Made by a program: the position numbers and the translations under genes. Below are positions 15,839 to 27,000 of a stretch of DNA of 64,000 nt, piece after piece (the first letter of the stretch is position 1; every line of letters begins with the position of its first letter). Under the pieces are notes generated by a model. That model worked only from the letters and a program-made list of their open reading frames with translations, did no database searches and was not told the DNA's origin. Source of the stretch: the human T2T-CHM13v2.0 reference genome, Homo sapiens. The DNA lies in the NCBI RefSeq assembly GCF_009914755.1, contig NC_060941.1, one strand, 5' to 3'.

Positions 15839-16724
15839 ACCCAGGGAGGGAGTTTTTGGAGCCCCAGAAGCCCATTCACAAAGTCCTCTCGGGGCCATAG
15901 TTCTCAAGTAGTGGTGTCACTATTATTATTTTGTCTGCACACTGCACGCGATAACATATTCATCACACGTGCACACTCTCAGTGGGGAACACCTTGTGGG
16001 CATGGCATAGGACAAGTGCAGTGTGAACAGTTACTGGCCGGGAGCCCACAGAGCTGAGTCAGTAATGCCTGGTCTAATGGCCTAACTGGTCTTAGCTTGG
16101 AAAGTCGATGCATGAGAGGGATTTCTCCTTCCCCAGACACTGCCTGGCACCTTGCCTGGGTTGCACAGAAGGAAATTAGGGACCGTGGGGTAAAGGGGGG
16201 ACTGAGCGTGATGCCTGGCTTCTCTCAGTATTCCTTAGTTGCAGTAATTGCTTAGGAATGCCTCCTCTCACCCGAGAGAACCCCATGGCTGTGCTCAGAG
16301 GCTGGCCGGGAAGGTAGGCGAGGCCACCCCGATGGGAGTGCTGGGGCCGGCCACTCCCCAGTCCCCCCGGCCTGGCTGCTTTTGCGGTCGCCTAGGGAAG
16401 GTGGGGAAGCGAATGACTCATTATCCCGGCAATTAATCACACCACTGAGGCATGTGATCCGTGCAGGACATGTGCCACCTGCTGCCCCTCTGTCCTGTTC
16501 AGTGCTGCTTCTCTCCCCACTCTGAATGGGAAGTGCAACCCCAGGAAATGATCACCCCCTTTCCACAGGCACGGAATTGTAGCTGCAGCAGCCCAGGACC
16601 AAGAGACTGGGACAAAAGGGTCATTCGCCTGTATATCCCAGGGCCACACAAGACCTCCAGGGACCAGGGGGAATGATCATGGAGAGGAGCATGTGGACGC
16701 TTAAGCCAAAGATTTCCCCATGTG

Positions 16725-17029
16725 GGCCGGGCGCGGTGCCTCACGCCTGTAATCCCAGCACTTTGAGAGGCCGAGGCGGGCGGATAACTTGAGGTCAGGA
16801 GTTCGAGACCAGCCTGGCCAACGTGGCGAAACCCCGTCTCTACTAAAATACAAAAATTAGCTGGGCATGGTGGTGTGTGCCTGTAGTCTCAGCTACTCGG
16901 GAGGCTGAGGCGGGAGAATCACCTGAACCACAGAGGTCAGCTCTCAGCTGCTGTGAGCTGAGATTCCACGATTGCACTCCAGCCTGGGCATCAGAGTGGG
17001 TCCCTGTCTCAAAAATAAAAATAAAAAAA
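16725..17029 (+). mobile_element. AluS-like
   Basis: Alu consensus. Confidence 0.9.
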
Positions 17030-18300
17030 CCTTGACAGACCTCAATTTCCCTGTCTCCACCCACTTCTGGGGCAGCCTTGGATCGTCTCTCCAGTGCACC
17101 CTCTTCCTGTCCCTGTCGGGGAGAGGTCCTGCTGAAAGCCAGCTCTTAGAGGCTAGCTGTAGAACTGTATCTGAACCAACAGGGTGAGGAGTCAGGAACT
17201 GACCTAGACCCAGCACCTCCTGAGAGCCAGACCCCACATGGGTGATTTCACATCCTCCGTCTCATGTGACATCTCACACTAGCCCTCTTCCCATTTCACA
17301 GAGGATACAACTGAGTCTCAGAGCAAGTGACCGTGCCAAGCTCAGACTTTGTTCTGTCTGACTGTCTCCAGCACAGCTCACTGTTTCCAGTCCGTGTGAA
17401 AAAACCACCTCCTTCTCCCCTCAGTGTCCCTGCCCCCAACCAGACACACCTGGACGTGGCAAAAGGGGCTCGGGCCGAGGCTTGGAGCCCTGGGTCCTCA
17501 TCCTGGTGGCTCTGCCATGTTGTGACTGTGATCGAGTTTCTTCCCCTCTTTGGGCCTTTCCCTCCTCACCTGTAAAACTGTTAGCTTGGCCCAATCATGT
17601 AGAAGCTTCTCCGCCCCACAAACATACACACTCCTGTCTTTAGAGTCTGTCTGGGCACAGGGCAGCTCCCTACTGTCTCCTACCAAGCCCTTCTTTTCTT
17701 CCTGCAGGGTCTGTCTGTGGAAAGTCCAGACAGAGACTAAGCCTAACCCTAAACCATGAATGAATGGAGGGAAGCCCTCCTAGCATGGAAAAGAGAAATC
17801 TCTCCCTCAGCTGCTGGGCTCATCAGTCCAGCGGCCACTGTCGGGTCCGAGCTCTGCAGTGACTTCATCAATATTTTAGCTCCTGCAGAGCCCTGTTCCT
17901 TAGCAACCGCATCCTCCGTGCCCTCCAGAAAGGCTCCCAAGTCGGGTGTTCCTCACATCCCCGTCCTGTAGGTGCTGTGCCTTGCTGTCAGGTTTGGAGC
18001 CACTCATGCCACCCTGAATGGGGAGCTTTGGTCCTCATGACCCCCAGGGGTGAGGCTGCATATAGGAGGTGTGTGCGCACCAGGCGAGGGAGAGGGACAG
18101 CTTGGCATGTCAAAGCTCTTCGCCCCGGGCAGGAGCCGAGGGACGGGGAGGGGAATTTTGGAAGGAAGCCAGGGTATCTCCCTGGCCTGCCCTTGGCTTG
18201 CCCTTACCCCTTGCCTCACCACAGGTATGGGGAAGAGGAGCTTTTCTTCCTGCTCCCCCGTCTTTCCCAGGCTCAGATGCCGTTTCCCTTTGTGGCCTAG

Positions 18301-18463
18301 GTGCAGTGGAGGCTTGCCTCTTGCATCAGCTGAGACGCCGTGCCGCTGGCTTCCTGCGCAGTGACAAGATGGCAGCCCTGTTCACCAAGGTGGGGAAGAC
18401 GTGCCCAGTGGCGGGGGAGATTTGCCACAAGGTACAGGAGCTGCAGCAACAAGCAGAGGGCAG
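18301..18463 (+). CDS. SGSM2: SGSM2 exon 3 (RUN domain; [32 protein letters not shown]...)
   Basis: cctag|GTGCAG ... GGCAG|gtgagc, 163 nt. Confidence 0.95.
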
Positions 18464-18772
18464 GTGAGCCCTGGGCCAGCCCCTTCTTCCCTCCTTTCAG
18501 CTCTTCCCACTTGGCAATTGCTACTTCCTAGGACACCCATCGGAAAGTTGGCATCCTGGGCCTGTTCCTTGCAGGGCCTCTGGGTGAGGGATCAGCTTGA
18601 GGGAGGGGATTGGTTCCTTGTGGGCACAAGGCTCTGTACCCCTCCCTCACCTCCCAACCCCAGTCAGTTCTCTGTGCTCCCATCTTGGGGTACCAAGCCC
18701 CACTCCCAATGCCAGCATTCTGGGGTTTACCCCTAGACCACTGCACTCCTGGAGCCCTCCCCGCCTTTGCAG

Positions 18773-18934
18773 GAAACCCTCAGGGGTCAGCCAGGAGGCC
18801 CTGCGGAGACAGGGCTCAGCCAGCGGGAAGGCCCCGGCCCTCAGCCCTCAGGCCTTGAAACACGTATGGGTACGCACGGCGCTCATCGAGAAAGTTCTGG
18901 ACAAGGTCGTGCAATACCTGGCGGAAAACTGCAG
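18773..18934 (+). CDS. SGSM2: SGSM2 exon 4 (RUN domain; [10 protein letters not shown]...[23 protein letters not shown])
   Basis: ttgcag|GAAACC ... TGCAG|gtgacc, 162 nt. Confidence 0.95.
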
Positions 18935-19216
18935 GTGACCGCCCCGTTCCCCAAAAACTGCGGGTGACCACCCCGTTCCCCCCAAAACTGCAGGTGACCG
19001 CCCCGTTCCCCAAAAACTGCAGGTGACCGCCCCGTTCCCCAAAAACTGCAGGTGACCGCCCCGTTCCCCCCAAAACTGCAGGTGACCGCCCCGTTCCCAA
19101 AAACTGCAGGTGACCGCCCCGTTCCCCAAAAACTGCAGGTGACCGCCCCGTTCCCCAAAAACTGCAGGTGACCGCCCCGTTCCCCAAAAACTGCAGGTGA
19201 CCGCCTCGTTCCCCAA
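18925..19216 (+). repeat. Minisatellite, 28-30 bp unit AAAACTGCAGGTGACCGCCCCGTTCCCCA, 10 copies, starting inside SGSM2 exon 4
   Basis: Copies counted by hand. Confidence 0.97.
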
Positions 19217-19501
19217 GCAGCCCCTCCCTTGACCCGTCTCCCGACGTCCCTCAGCCCCAGCCCTCAGGATGCTTGCCTGTCCATGACAGCCTGTAGGCAA
19301 CCCTCCATCTCCCTGTCCCCTTCGGTGCCCTCAAGGCATTGGCCATACCAGGCACCTCACGAAGCCCAGTCCCTAAGGACTCACTGTTTCTTGATGACTG
19401 ATCTGAATCTGGTCTTTGTGGGGACGTCCCTACCTGGTGAGCTTGACTGCCCTGGAATGAGCCCCGGAGCCTCGGCAGTCACACTGTCTGTCTCCTGGCA
19501 G

Positions 19502-19569
19502 CAAGTACTACGAGAAGGAGGCACTGCTGGCAGACCCTGTGTTCGGCCCGATCCTGGCCTCTCTTCTAG
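19502..19569 (+). CDS. SGSM2: SGSM2 exon 5 ([22 protein letters not shown])
   Basis: ggcag|CAAGTAC ... CTAG|gtgagc, 68 nt. Confidence 0.95.
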
Positions 19570-19652
19570 GTGAGCCTGAGAGCACAGGCACAGTGGGTAC
19601 GGGGCAGGTGCTGAGGGAGCATCGTCTGGGCTGGCTGTCTCTGTCTCCACAG

Positions 19653-19798
19653 TGGGACCCTGTGCCTTGGAATACACTAAGCTCAAGACAGCCGATCACT
19701 ACTGGACTGACCCCTCTGCTGATGAGCTGGTCCAGCGGCACCGCATCCGGGGTCCACCTACTCGCCAGGACTCCCCTGCAAAGCGCCCAGCCCTGGGG
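19653..19798 (+). CDS. SGSM2: SGSM2 exon 6 ([30 protein letters not shown]...)
   Basis: ccacag|TGGGA ... CTGGGG|gtaggt, 146 nt. Confidence 0.95.
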
Positions 19799-20128
19799 GT
19801 AGGTGCCCCCTCCCCACCCTTTGGGCTCATCTGGGCTATGCCCATGGGCCTGTAGGGACGGGAAACCGGCCTCTCTACGGGACAGGCCTTGGAGATGCCC
19901 CAAGGTAGCGGCTGCCTCAGAAGAGCCTTCTCCGCACAATAAAACTTAACACAAATGCCGGGAGCCCATGCTGGTCCGTGGCTGGAGAGCAGAGGGTGGC
20001 TGGGAGTAAACCGGGGCAGGAAGGACCCCTGGGGTCAGCTGGAGAGGGTCAGCATGGAAGCGTGAGGGTTCCCAAGCCCTGAGGCCAGTTTCCCAAGGCT
20101 GGAGGCTGAGCCCCGGCCTTCCACACAG

Positions 20129-20263
20129 ATCCGGAAACGGCACTCAAGCGGCAGCGCGTCGGAGGACAAGCTGGCTGCCTGCGCCCGCGAGTGTGTGGAG
20201 TCCCTGCACCAGAACTCACGGACGCGGCTGCTCTATGGCAAGAACCACGTGCTGGTGCAGCCG
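20129..20263 (+). CDS. SGSM2: SGSM2 exon 7 ([13 protein letters not shown]...[12 protein letters not shown])
   Basis: acacag|ATCCGG ... CAGCCG|gtagga, 135 nt. Confidence 0.95.
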
Positions 20264-20722
20264 GTAGGAAAGCTTCATCCTGCCATCCCTCCCCGAAGGT
20301 CCCCGAACGAGACGACTGGAAGCCTCTAGCCATGGCTATTCCTTTCCTGAGGAGCTTGACCAGAGACGGGGGGGAGAATGGCCCCAGCCTCCCAACTCCC
20401 TGTTTCACACGACTCACGCCCAGCCTTTAGTTGGCAGGGGACAGGAATGGCAGCCAGCAGGCGAGGGGAGTCCGCAGTGTGGGTATGGCTGGCCTGGAAT
20501 GGACCTGGCATCCAGGAGGCTGGCAGGAGAGAGTCAGTGGCACCAGGCTGACCAGGGAAACTGAGTCCTGTTTTCCTGTGCTTCTGCCCCGTCCCTAGTC
20601 CAGGACCCCGTGACTAGCCTAGCTTGGCCTCCCCTCCTCCCAGCGGGAGCTCATTTCTCATAGGCCATCCCTGAGAGCCTCTCAGCCCTTCATCGTCGGT
20701 CTTCCGGTGTCTCCCGCTGTAG

Positions 20723-20847
20723 AAGGAGGATATGGAGGCGGTCCCTGGCTACCTCTCCCTGCACCAGTCTGCAGAGAGCCTGACTCTGAAGTGGACCCCC
20801 AACCAGCTCATGAATGGGACTCTGGGGGACTCCGAGCTGGAAAAGAG
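20723..20847 (+). CDS. SGSM2: SGSM2 exon 8 ([15 protein letters not shown]...[11 protein letters not shown]...)
   Basis: ctgtag|AAGGAG ... AAGAG|gtgggg, 125 nt. Confidence 0.95.
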
Positions 20848-21259
20848 GTGGGGGCTTTGGGACTCAATCCCAGGAGCCAGGGCAGGGAGTGGGTTTGACC
20901 TCAGGCAGAGGGATGGAGAAACCCCGCTTGCTCCAGGAGGCCAACCTCACTCTTTATTTGGACGCCAAGAATAGCAGGGAGCGGCTGCCTGGAGTGATTC
21001 CCAAGCTCTCTAGGACGGAGCCAAGCCTGGCCGTGAAGAGGTTTGTCTGAGCCAAGCTCTCAGTGGCTGAGACGGACAGCTGTCCATGTGCCGAGCGGGC
21101 AGCACAGATCTCAGGGGTCATGGCTGGCTGTGTGCACCTCTTGGCTATGGTCATCCTATCTTCAGGGGAGTTTCGTGGGGTGGTAGGACCAGGAGACAAG
21201 GAAGGAAGGAAGGATGGCAGGTCTTTGGACACAGTGACAGCAGTCTGGTTCCTTTCTAG

Positions 21260-21327
21260 CGTTTACTGGGACTATGCCCTCGTGGTGCCCTTCAGCCAGG
21301 TCGTGTGCATCCACTGCCACCAGCAAA
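21260..21327 (+). CDS. SGSM2: SGSM2 exon 9 ([22 protein letters not shown])
   Basis: ttctag|CGTTTAC ... CAAA|gtaagc, 68 nt. Confidence 0.95.
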
Positions 21328-21560
21328 GTAAGCCTGCCTTGTCCTCGGCTCGGGTGGGAAGGGAGAGGCTGCCTTCTGCCAGCTGTGCACTGTGCGTGGG
21401 GCCTGTAAGACTCCTCGTCCTCCTCCCATCCTTGTTAATGGGGCTCCCAGGCCATGCTGTAGCCCAGCCATCTGCCTCCTACCCAGCCTGGGGGCACTGG
21501 CCAGCAGGCTGTGATAGCCGACGAGAGGGCCTCAGCCGCACTCTCCACGTTCACCCCCAG

Positions 21561-21721
21561 AGAGCGGTGGCACGCTTGTGCTGGTGAGCCAGGATGGCAT
21601 CCAGAGGCCGCCGCTGCATTTCCCACAGGGAGGACACCTGCTGTCCTTTCTGTCCTGTCTGGAGAATGGGCTGCTGCCTCAGGGACAGCTAGAGCCCCCG
21701 CTGTGGACCCAGCAAGGGAAG
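21561..21721 (+). CDS. SGSM2: SGSM2 exon 10 ([39 protein letters not shown]...)
   Basis: ccccag|AGAGC ... GGGAAG|gtaact, 161 nt. Confidence 0.95.
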
Positions 21722-21878
21722 GTAACTCGGGTGGGAGGCTTTAGGGGAAGGGCTGTGTGTGGGGTTCTCTGCCCGCCTCCCTTCCTTCCCCACGTGGAGT
21801 TCTTAGGAGCGGCCTTGTGTGGAACCCTGGATGAGACTCTGCCCTATACAGCCCGACCACCTACCCCTCCTTCCACAG

Positions 21879-22005
21879 GGGAAAGTGTTCCCCAAGCTAC
21901 GGAAACGAAGCAGCATTCGCTCCGTGGATATGGAGGAGATGGGCACGGGGCGGGCCACCGACTATGTGTTCCGGATCATCTACCCCGGCCACAGGCACGA
22001 GCACA
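21879..22005 (+). CDS. SGSM2: SGSM2 exon 11 ([10 protein letters not shown]...[15 protein letters not shown])
   Basis: ccacag|GGGAAA ... GCACA|gtgagt, 127 nt. Confidence 0.95.
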
Positions 22006-22407
22006 GTGAGTGTCCCGAGCTTCATCCCGGGGGAGGAGAGGAAGACGCTCCGGGAGGCGGGGAGCGCAGCGTCACCCAGGAGGGCAGCAGGCAGGGCCCA
22101 CTGACCAGGCCAGGTTAACACCAGAGGCTCATCGCCTAGCCTCTCAGCTGGACCTTTTACCCACAGATATTGCCTTTGAAAAGGTGCGTCTCTTCTACCC
22201 AGCTCCCTTCCCCACTTCTCCACGCCAGGACTCTTGGCTCAGCAGACCTAGGCGTCACTACACAAGACTCTTAGTTATCCTTTCAGACCCTGTCCAGGGG
22301 TAAAACACGTGGAGAAACGAGAAGTAGAAGGTGGGGAACCCTCCATTGCTCTTCACCTCCTGCTCCCCAACCCCTACAAGACAGCCTGGGTATGGGACCA
22401 GCGCTAC

Positions 22408-22706
22408 TTTTTTTTTTTTTTTTTTTTTGAGACGACGTCTCGCTCTTTTACCCAGGCTGGAGTTTAATGGCGTGATCTCAGCTCACTGCAACCTCTGCCC
22501 CTGGGTTCAAGCGATCCTCCTACCTCAGCCTCCTGAGTAGCTGGGATTACAGGCGCACACCTCCATGCCCGGCTAATTTTTGTATTTTTAGTAGAGATGG
22601 GGTTTCACCATATTGGCCAGGCTGGTCTCAAACTCCTGACCTTGTGATCTGCCTGCCTCAGCCTCCCAAAGTGCTAGGGTTACAGGCGTGACCACTGCGC
22701 CCGGCC
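22408..22706 (-). mobile_element. AluS-like, TSD CCAGCGCT
   Basis: Reverse Alu consensus in SGSM2 intron 11. Confidence 0.9.
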
Positions 22707-23934
22707 CAGCGCTTCTTTTTGGATGGTGAATATTGTCTGCTGACTCCCCTAGAGCCAGAGCCCTCCTCAAACCAACTACTGATGAGCGTTAGCTGAAGTA
22801 GCAGGTTGCATCAGAGGCAGACTCGGGGCTGCCTGGGGGCTTTGGGCACTGGCGGGTAGAAAGGCGGCTTGGCCCTTGTGGGTCCTGCCCCACCCTGGAC
22901 ACACACCCCTGGGCCCAAGGGGGTCTCTCTGTCTATGTGCATCTACCAACACCAAAGTTCCCTTTCTGGTCAGAGTGCTGCTGCTGCCCATAGGCTTCTC
23001 TGGGCAGACTTGCTTTTCTTACAGATAAGGTCGGGGAATTTGCCAGCCCAGAGCGTTTATTGCTAACAAGACCACCCGCTCCCTAAATTTCCAACTTGTG
23101 CCAAAAAGTTGTCAACAAGTTGTCTCTGTATTAGGGACTGGACTGCCCAGACGGCACACTCAGCCACAGCACAGATAGCTCCACCAGGCTCAGAGGGCAC
23201 ACGGCACAGGGATGTCCCCCCTTCCCAGATGTACCTGACAAAGAGACGCATCTTTGGCCAGAATGTATTTACACACTTGGCACTTAGTCTCAGGCTGTTG
23301 CTTGGTTTAGCTTCTCCAGTCTCTGCCTCCCCTCTTCGATCTTTGCCATTTCCCAGTCCTGGTCACTTCACTTCCAGGACCACCTCGCCAAGGGCAAGCC
23401 AGGGCACCCAGAGGCTGAAACTCCACCAAGCGACTCCAGCTCCTTGAGGACAGCTCTGGGAAAACCCTTTCCTTTTCCTGGGAGGGAAGAAGGTGGAATT
23501 TATAGTCTGAAAAAGGGGATTTGGAGTAATCTTCAGATTTGGTCCAGCCTGAGAGGAGCTAGAGAACGATCAGGACCCATCTGCCAGCTGTCATGCGCAG
23601 CCTCTGTGAGGGCCGATGACCTCCTGGGCTGCCAGCCCATCCCAGACAGTCCCGGTCTTTCACATCCTCCCACCTCTGTTCTCTCTCTTCTGTTCTTCCT
23701 AGAGAGGCTGCCTCCGAAGAGTGAGGTTCTGCAGCTGCCCCAGCCCCTCGCCTCCTTCCACACTCTCCCAGGAAAATCATCCAAAGAGCTTTCTGGTCCC
23801 CTCCCTTCCCCTCTTCTGTGCCCTGCAGATTCACGATGACCCCGGCCTCCATTCCACTCCCCTTAAGGAGGGAGTCCGTCCTGCCCAGGGATGAGGGCCT
23901 CATGCCTCTGCCTCTCGCTGTTCTCTTTGAGCAG

Positions 23935-24069
23935 TCACTATTAACTACCACCACCTAGCGGCCAGCCGCGCGGCCTCGGTGGACGATGATGAGGAAGAGG
24001 AGGATAAACTGCACGCGATGCTCTCAATGATCTGCTCGCGGAACCTCACAGCTCCCAATCCGATGAAAG
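23935..24069 (+). CDS. SGSM2: SGSM2 exon 12, 135-nt symmetric cassette exon (TINYHHLAASRAASVDDDEEEEDKLHAMLSMICSRNLTAPNPMK)
   Basis: gagcag|TCACT ... GAAAG|gttctt; phase 1-1, 45 codons, weak donor; matches the recalled 45-aa difference between long and short isoforms. Confidence 0.88.
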
Positions 24070-27000
24070 GTTCTTATCCCTCCCTCTCCCTGACCCACCT
24101 CATCCCCACCCTCCCTCCCGGGCCCGCCTGCCACCCACCACAGGGGCTCGAACGGCAGTGTTGGCATTAGGGGACTTGCACCCAGGGCAGTTCCCTTCCA
24201 TCGGGGGCAGATCAGGGAGGGCAGAAGGAGGCCAGACAGGTGCTGGCAAGAAAAGGGGCTGGCCCAGGGCAGGTGGCTCCAGGCTGTGAGGAGGAAGAGG
24301 ATTTGCTAATAGGAAGGTCTGATTATCTGATTGCCTCCTGGGCACCCTGAATGGATCTCTGAGCCCATTCCTACTCCGGGGGTCAGGCTGGCAAATGCCA
24401 GACAGAGGTCTCTTCCTTTCTCTCTGCTGATTGGGAAGACCAGCCTCTGGGCCTGGTGCTTCTGACTCCTGACTTAACAGAAACAGGATGGAGGTACCGG
24501 GTCCTTCCTGGGGCAGGGGCAGCAGCTGTGGGTCAGGCGAGGGGTTGAGGGCTGCCATGCGAAGGGCCCCAGGGCTCAGTCTTCCCAGGAGGCCTGAGGG
24601 CCCCAGCCGGCAGGGCCTGGTACTTTGGCATGAAATCTAGAAATAGCTGCAGCATGGTGTCCAGGAAGGGGCCAGGCTCAGGGCCTGGCAACATGAACTC
24701 CCGCCCCAGATATGCCCCTGGTTCACTGTGTGGTTTTGAGCAAGTTTCTCACTATCCCGGAGCTCCGTCTCTTCACCTGCGCCAGGGATATAAGACAGAT
24801 GTGTTCCTGCCCTCATGAGTCTCAGGGTCCACGAATGGAGAGGTCACCTTTGTTGGAGGTGATAGCGTAGTGCCCTCAGCCTCTCAGGGTTCCTCTGCCT
24901 ACCACCCATCTTTCCTAGCACAGAGCTGGCTTGGTAGAGAGGGAGCCCCCCTCTTTTCAGCAAGCAATCAGCCAGGCGACCTGTGAGGGCTGGGATGGGT
25001 GCTCCAGAAAGGGGTGGGTAGGAAGAGGCTGAGGCCAGTTCTCCCAGAGACGAGGGGAGCTTCCCCATTCCCACCCATTCCCATGCTACAAAATCAATTG
25101 CTTCTCCCTTTCCCCGCCCCTGCAGAGGATGTCCTCAGAATATGTCACACTCCCCTTAGGCTTCCAAAGTTCTGCCGGGAAGCCCAGTTCCTTAGCCGGC
25201 CACTGATCCAGTAACTGTCTCCGGGCAGGCAGGACGGCCTGGTCTGTGTTAGAACACACCCAGCACACCCTCTGCACAAGCTGCCAGCTGCCCTCCTACT
25301 GCCAGGCGCCTGCCCTCATGCCCACCCTCCCTCCCAGCCCTTCCAATATGAGCCCGTAGGCCAGGCCTAGGTGGGAACATCCTACTTCTGATGTTTATTG
25401 CCTACACACACCCCTGCCATCTGGTTCCTTGCAAACCTGGACTTGGGGCTGTTGCCTATTTACAGTGAACTGACTGAGCAGTGTGGGAAGGTTGAGCTCT
25501 GAGGGGACCCACGGAGCTACTTCTTCCCCCACGAACTGGTAGTCAGGCTAGAGGCTGGAGGGTCCTAGCAGAGCCCTTGGCAGACTCGGTGATAAAAAGC
25601 CTATCCCTGACTAGTCTTAGGGCTGAGGCCTCCGGGATCAGAGAAAGTTCCAGACCCACTTCCAGGGGTCCAGAGGCCTCAGGGCTCATCTGTGCATCCT
25701 CTCAAGGAACTCAGGGGCTAGGCCAACCTAGTATAGAGCTTCTGGGCCCCTAATACTTGGGAAAGGAGAGGAGGCATAAGAGCAGAATCAGCAGGCGGTT
25801 GGGGAGAGGGCTGGGGAATGGGGGCCCCCCACCTCCACTCCAGTCCATAATGACAACACTGTTGAGTCCGTTCTGCCAGCTGTTGCTTTTCAGGCCTGCA
25901 ACATGCTTGACTTGTGCATGTGAATCAGTGGCGGGGTGTCCAAATTTCCTCTCCCTCCCTCTTCCTCTCCCCTTCCTTTTCCTGCTGCCTCCCCACAGAG
26001 CAGATGCTATTCACTCTAATTCTGCTCCAGGCCAGGCACCTTTCACTCGGAGTCTTAGGGGCTGTGGGGTTCGCCCACCCTGTTTTCTTGCTTTACACTT
26101 TCCTCATGCTCAGAGGAGAGAGTCAGAGTCAAAGCTGACCCAGCAGACCCCCCTCCCCCCGTCCAGCCTGTGCCCTCACCCAGTCACGCCATAGCCCCAG
26201 CTATCTGCACTGGGCTCGCTCAGAGACAGTGTTCGAATGTGGCTGGTTCAGCTCCTTCCTGGAGGATTAAGGTGAAGAGCATTGGCCCAGGAGACCTTGG
26301 CTGGGCCTCCTTTCTGGGCATGAGCTTGGTTCCCTTTGCCCACCCCCGCCCTCACCCCTGTTGCCCTCCCTGCCTGCCCGCCTGTTGCCTGCTGCCTGCC
26401 TGGCTGGGCCTCTTCCCACCCCGGCTCCTCCCGGGACTGTCCTCTTCTCTCCTGCCTGCTGCAGGGGCCTGAGCTGGGCTCCTGCCCCACTGCACCTGCA
26501 CCCTCCCCTTCTTCCCAGAGTCTCAGGCATGGCTTGCAACGCCCTCACTCCCAGAGCCGCAGCCCCTCCTCACCACGCGTGTTCCCTTAATTTGCCTCCT
26601 GGTGGAGCTGAAGGGCCAGATATCTGCAAAACTCCCGGCCGTGGGTCTGGGAAGAGAGCCCCGGCCAAGGCAGGGCAACCGCTGAGGGAACCGGAAGGGG
26701 CTCAGCTCAGCCCTCCTCACCAAGGCACACCCAGAGCTGGAGTCCAGCTCCCACCAAAGCCAGGCCCACGCCTGCGGCAGGCCACAGTGGGCCCCGGCCC
26801 AGGCTGAGCCAGCCGAGCAAACTGCTGCTGACAGGACTCCCTCAGCACACACGGCTCTCCATCCCTGTTCTTCCGAACTCTTCTCCACTCTCTCCCTCCC
26901 TCCCGGCATCACCCCCCAGTGCTTCCACTTCCTCTCTCACTTTGCTTCATCTCTGTGGCTCCCTGGACCTGCCAGAGTCCCCCTTAAGCAGTGCCCTGCC

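Noticed and set aside
20718-20728. TAG AAG GAG tandem acceptors at exon 8
   Set aside because: Proximal TAG is normally strongly preferred over AAG/GAG; the effect would be 1-2 residues at most.
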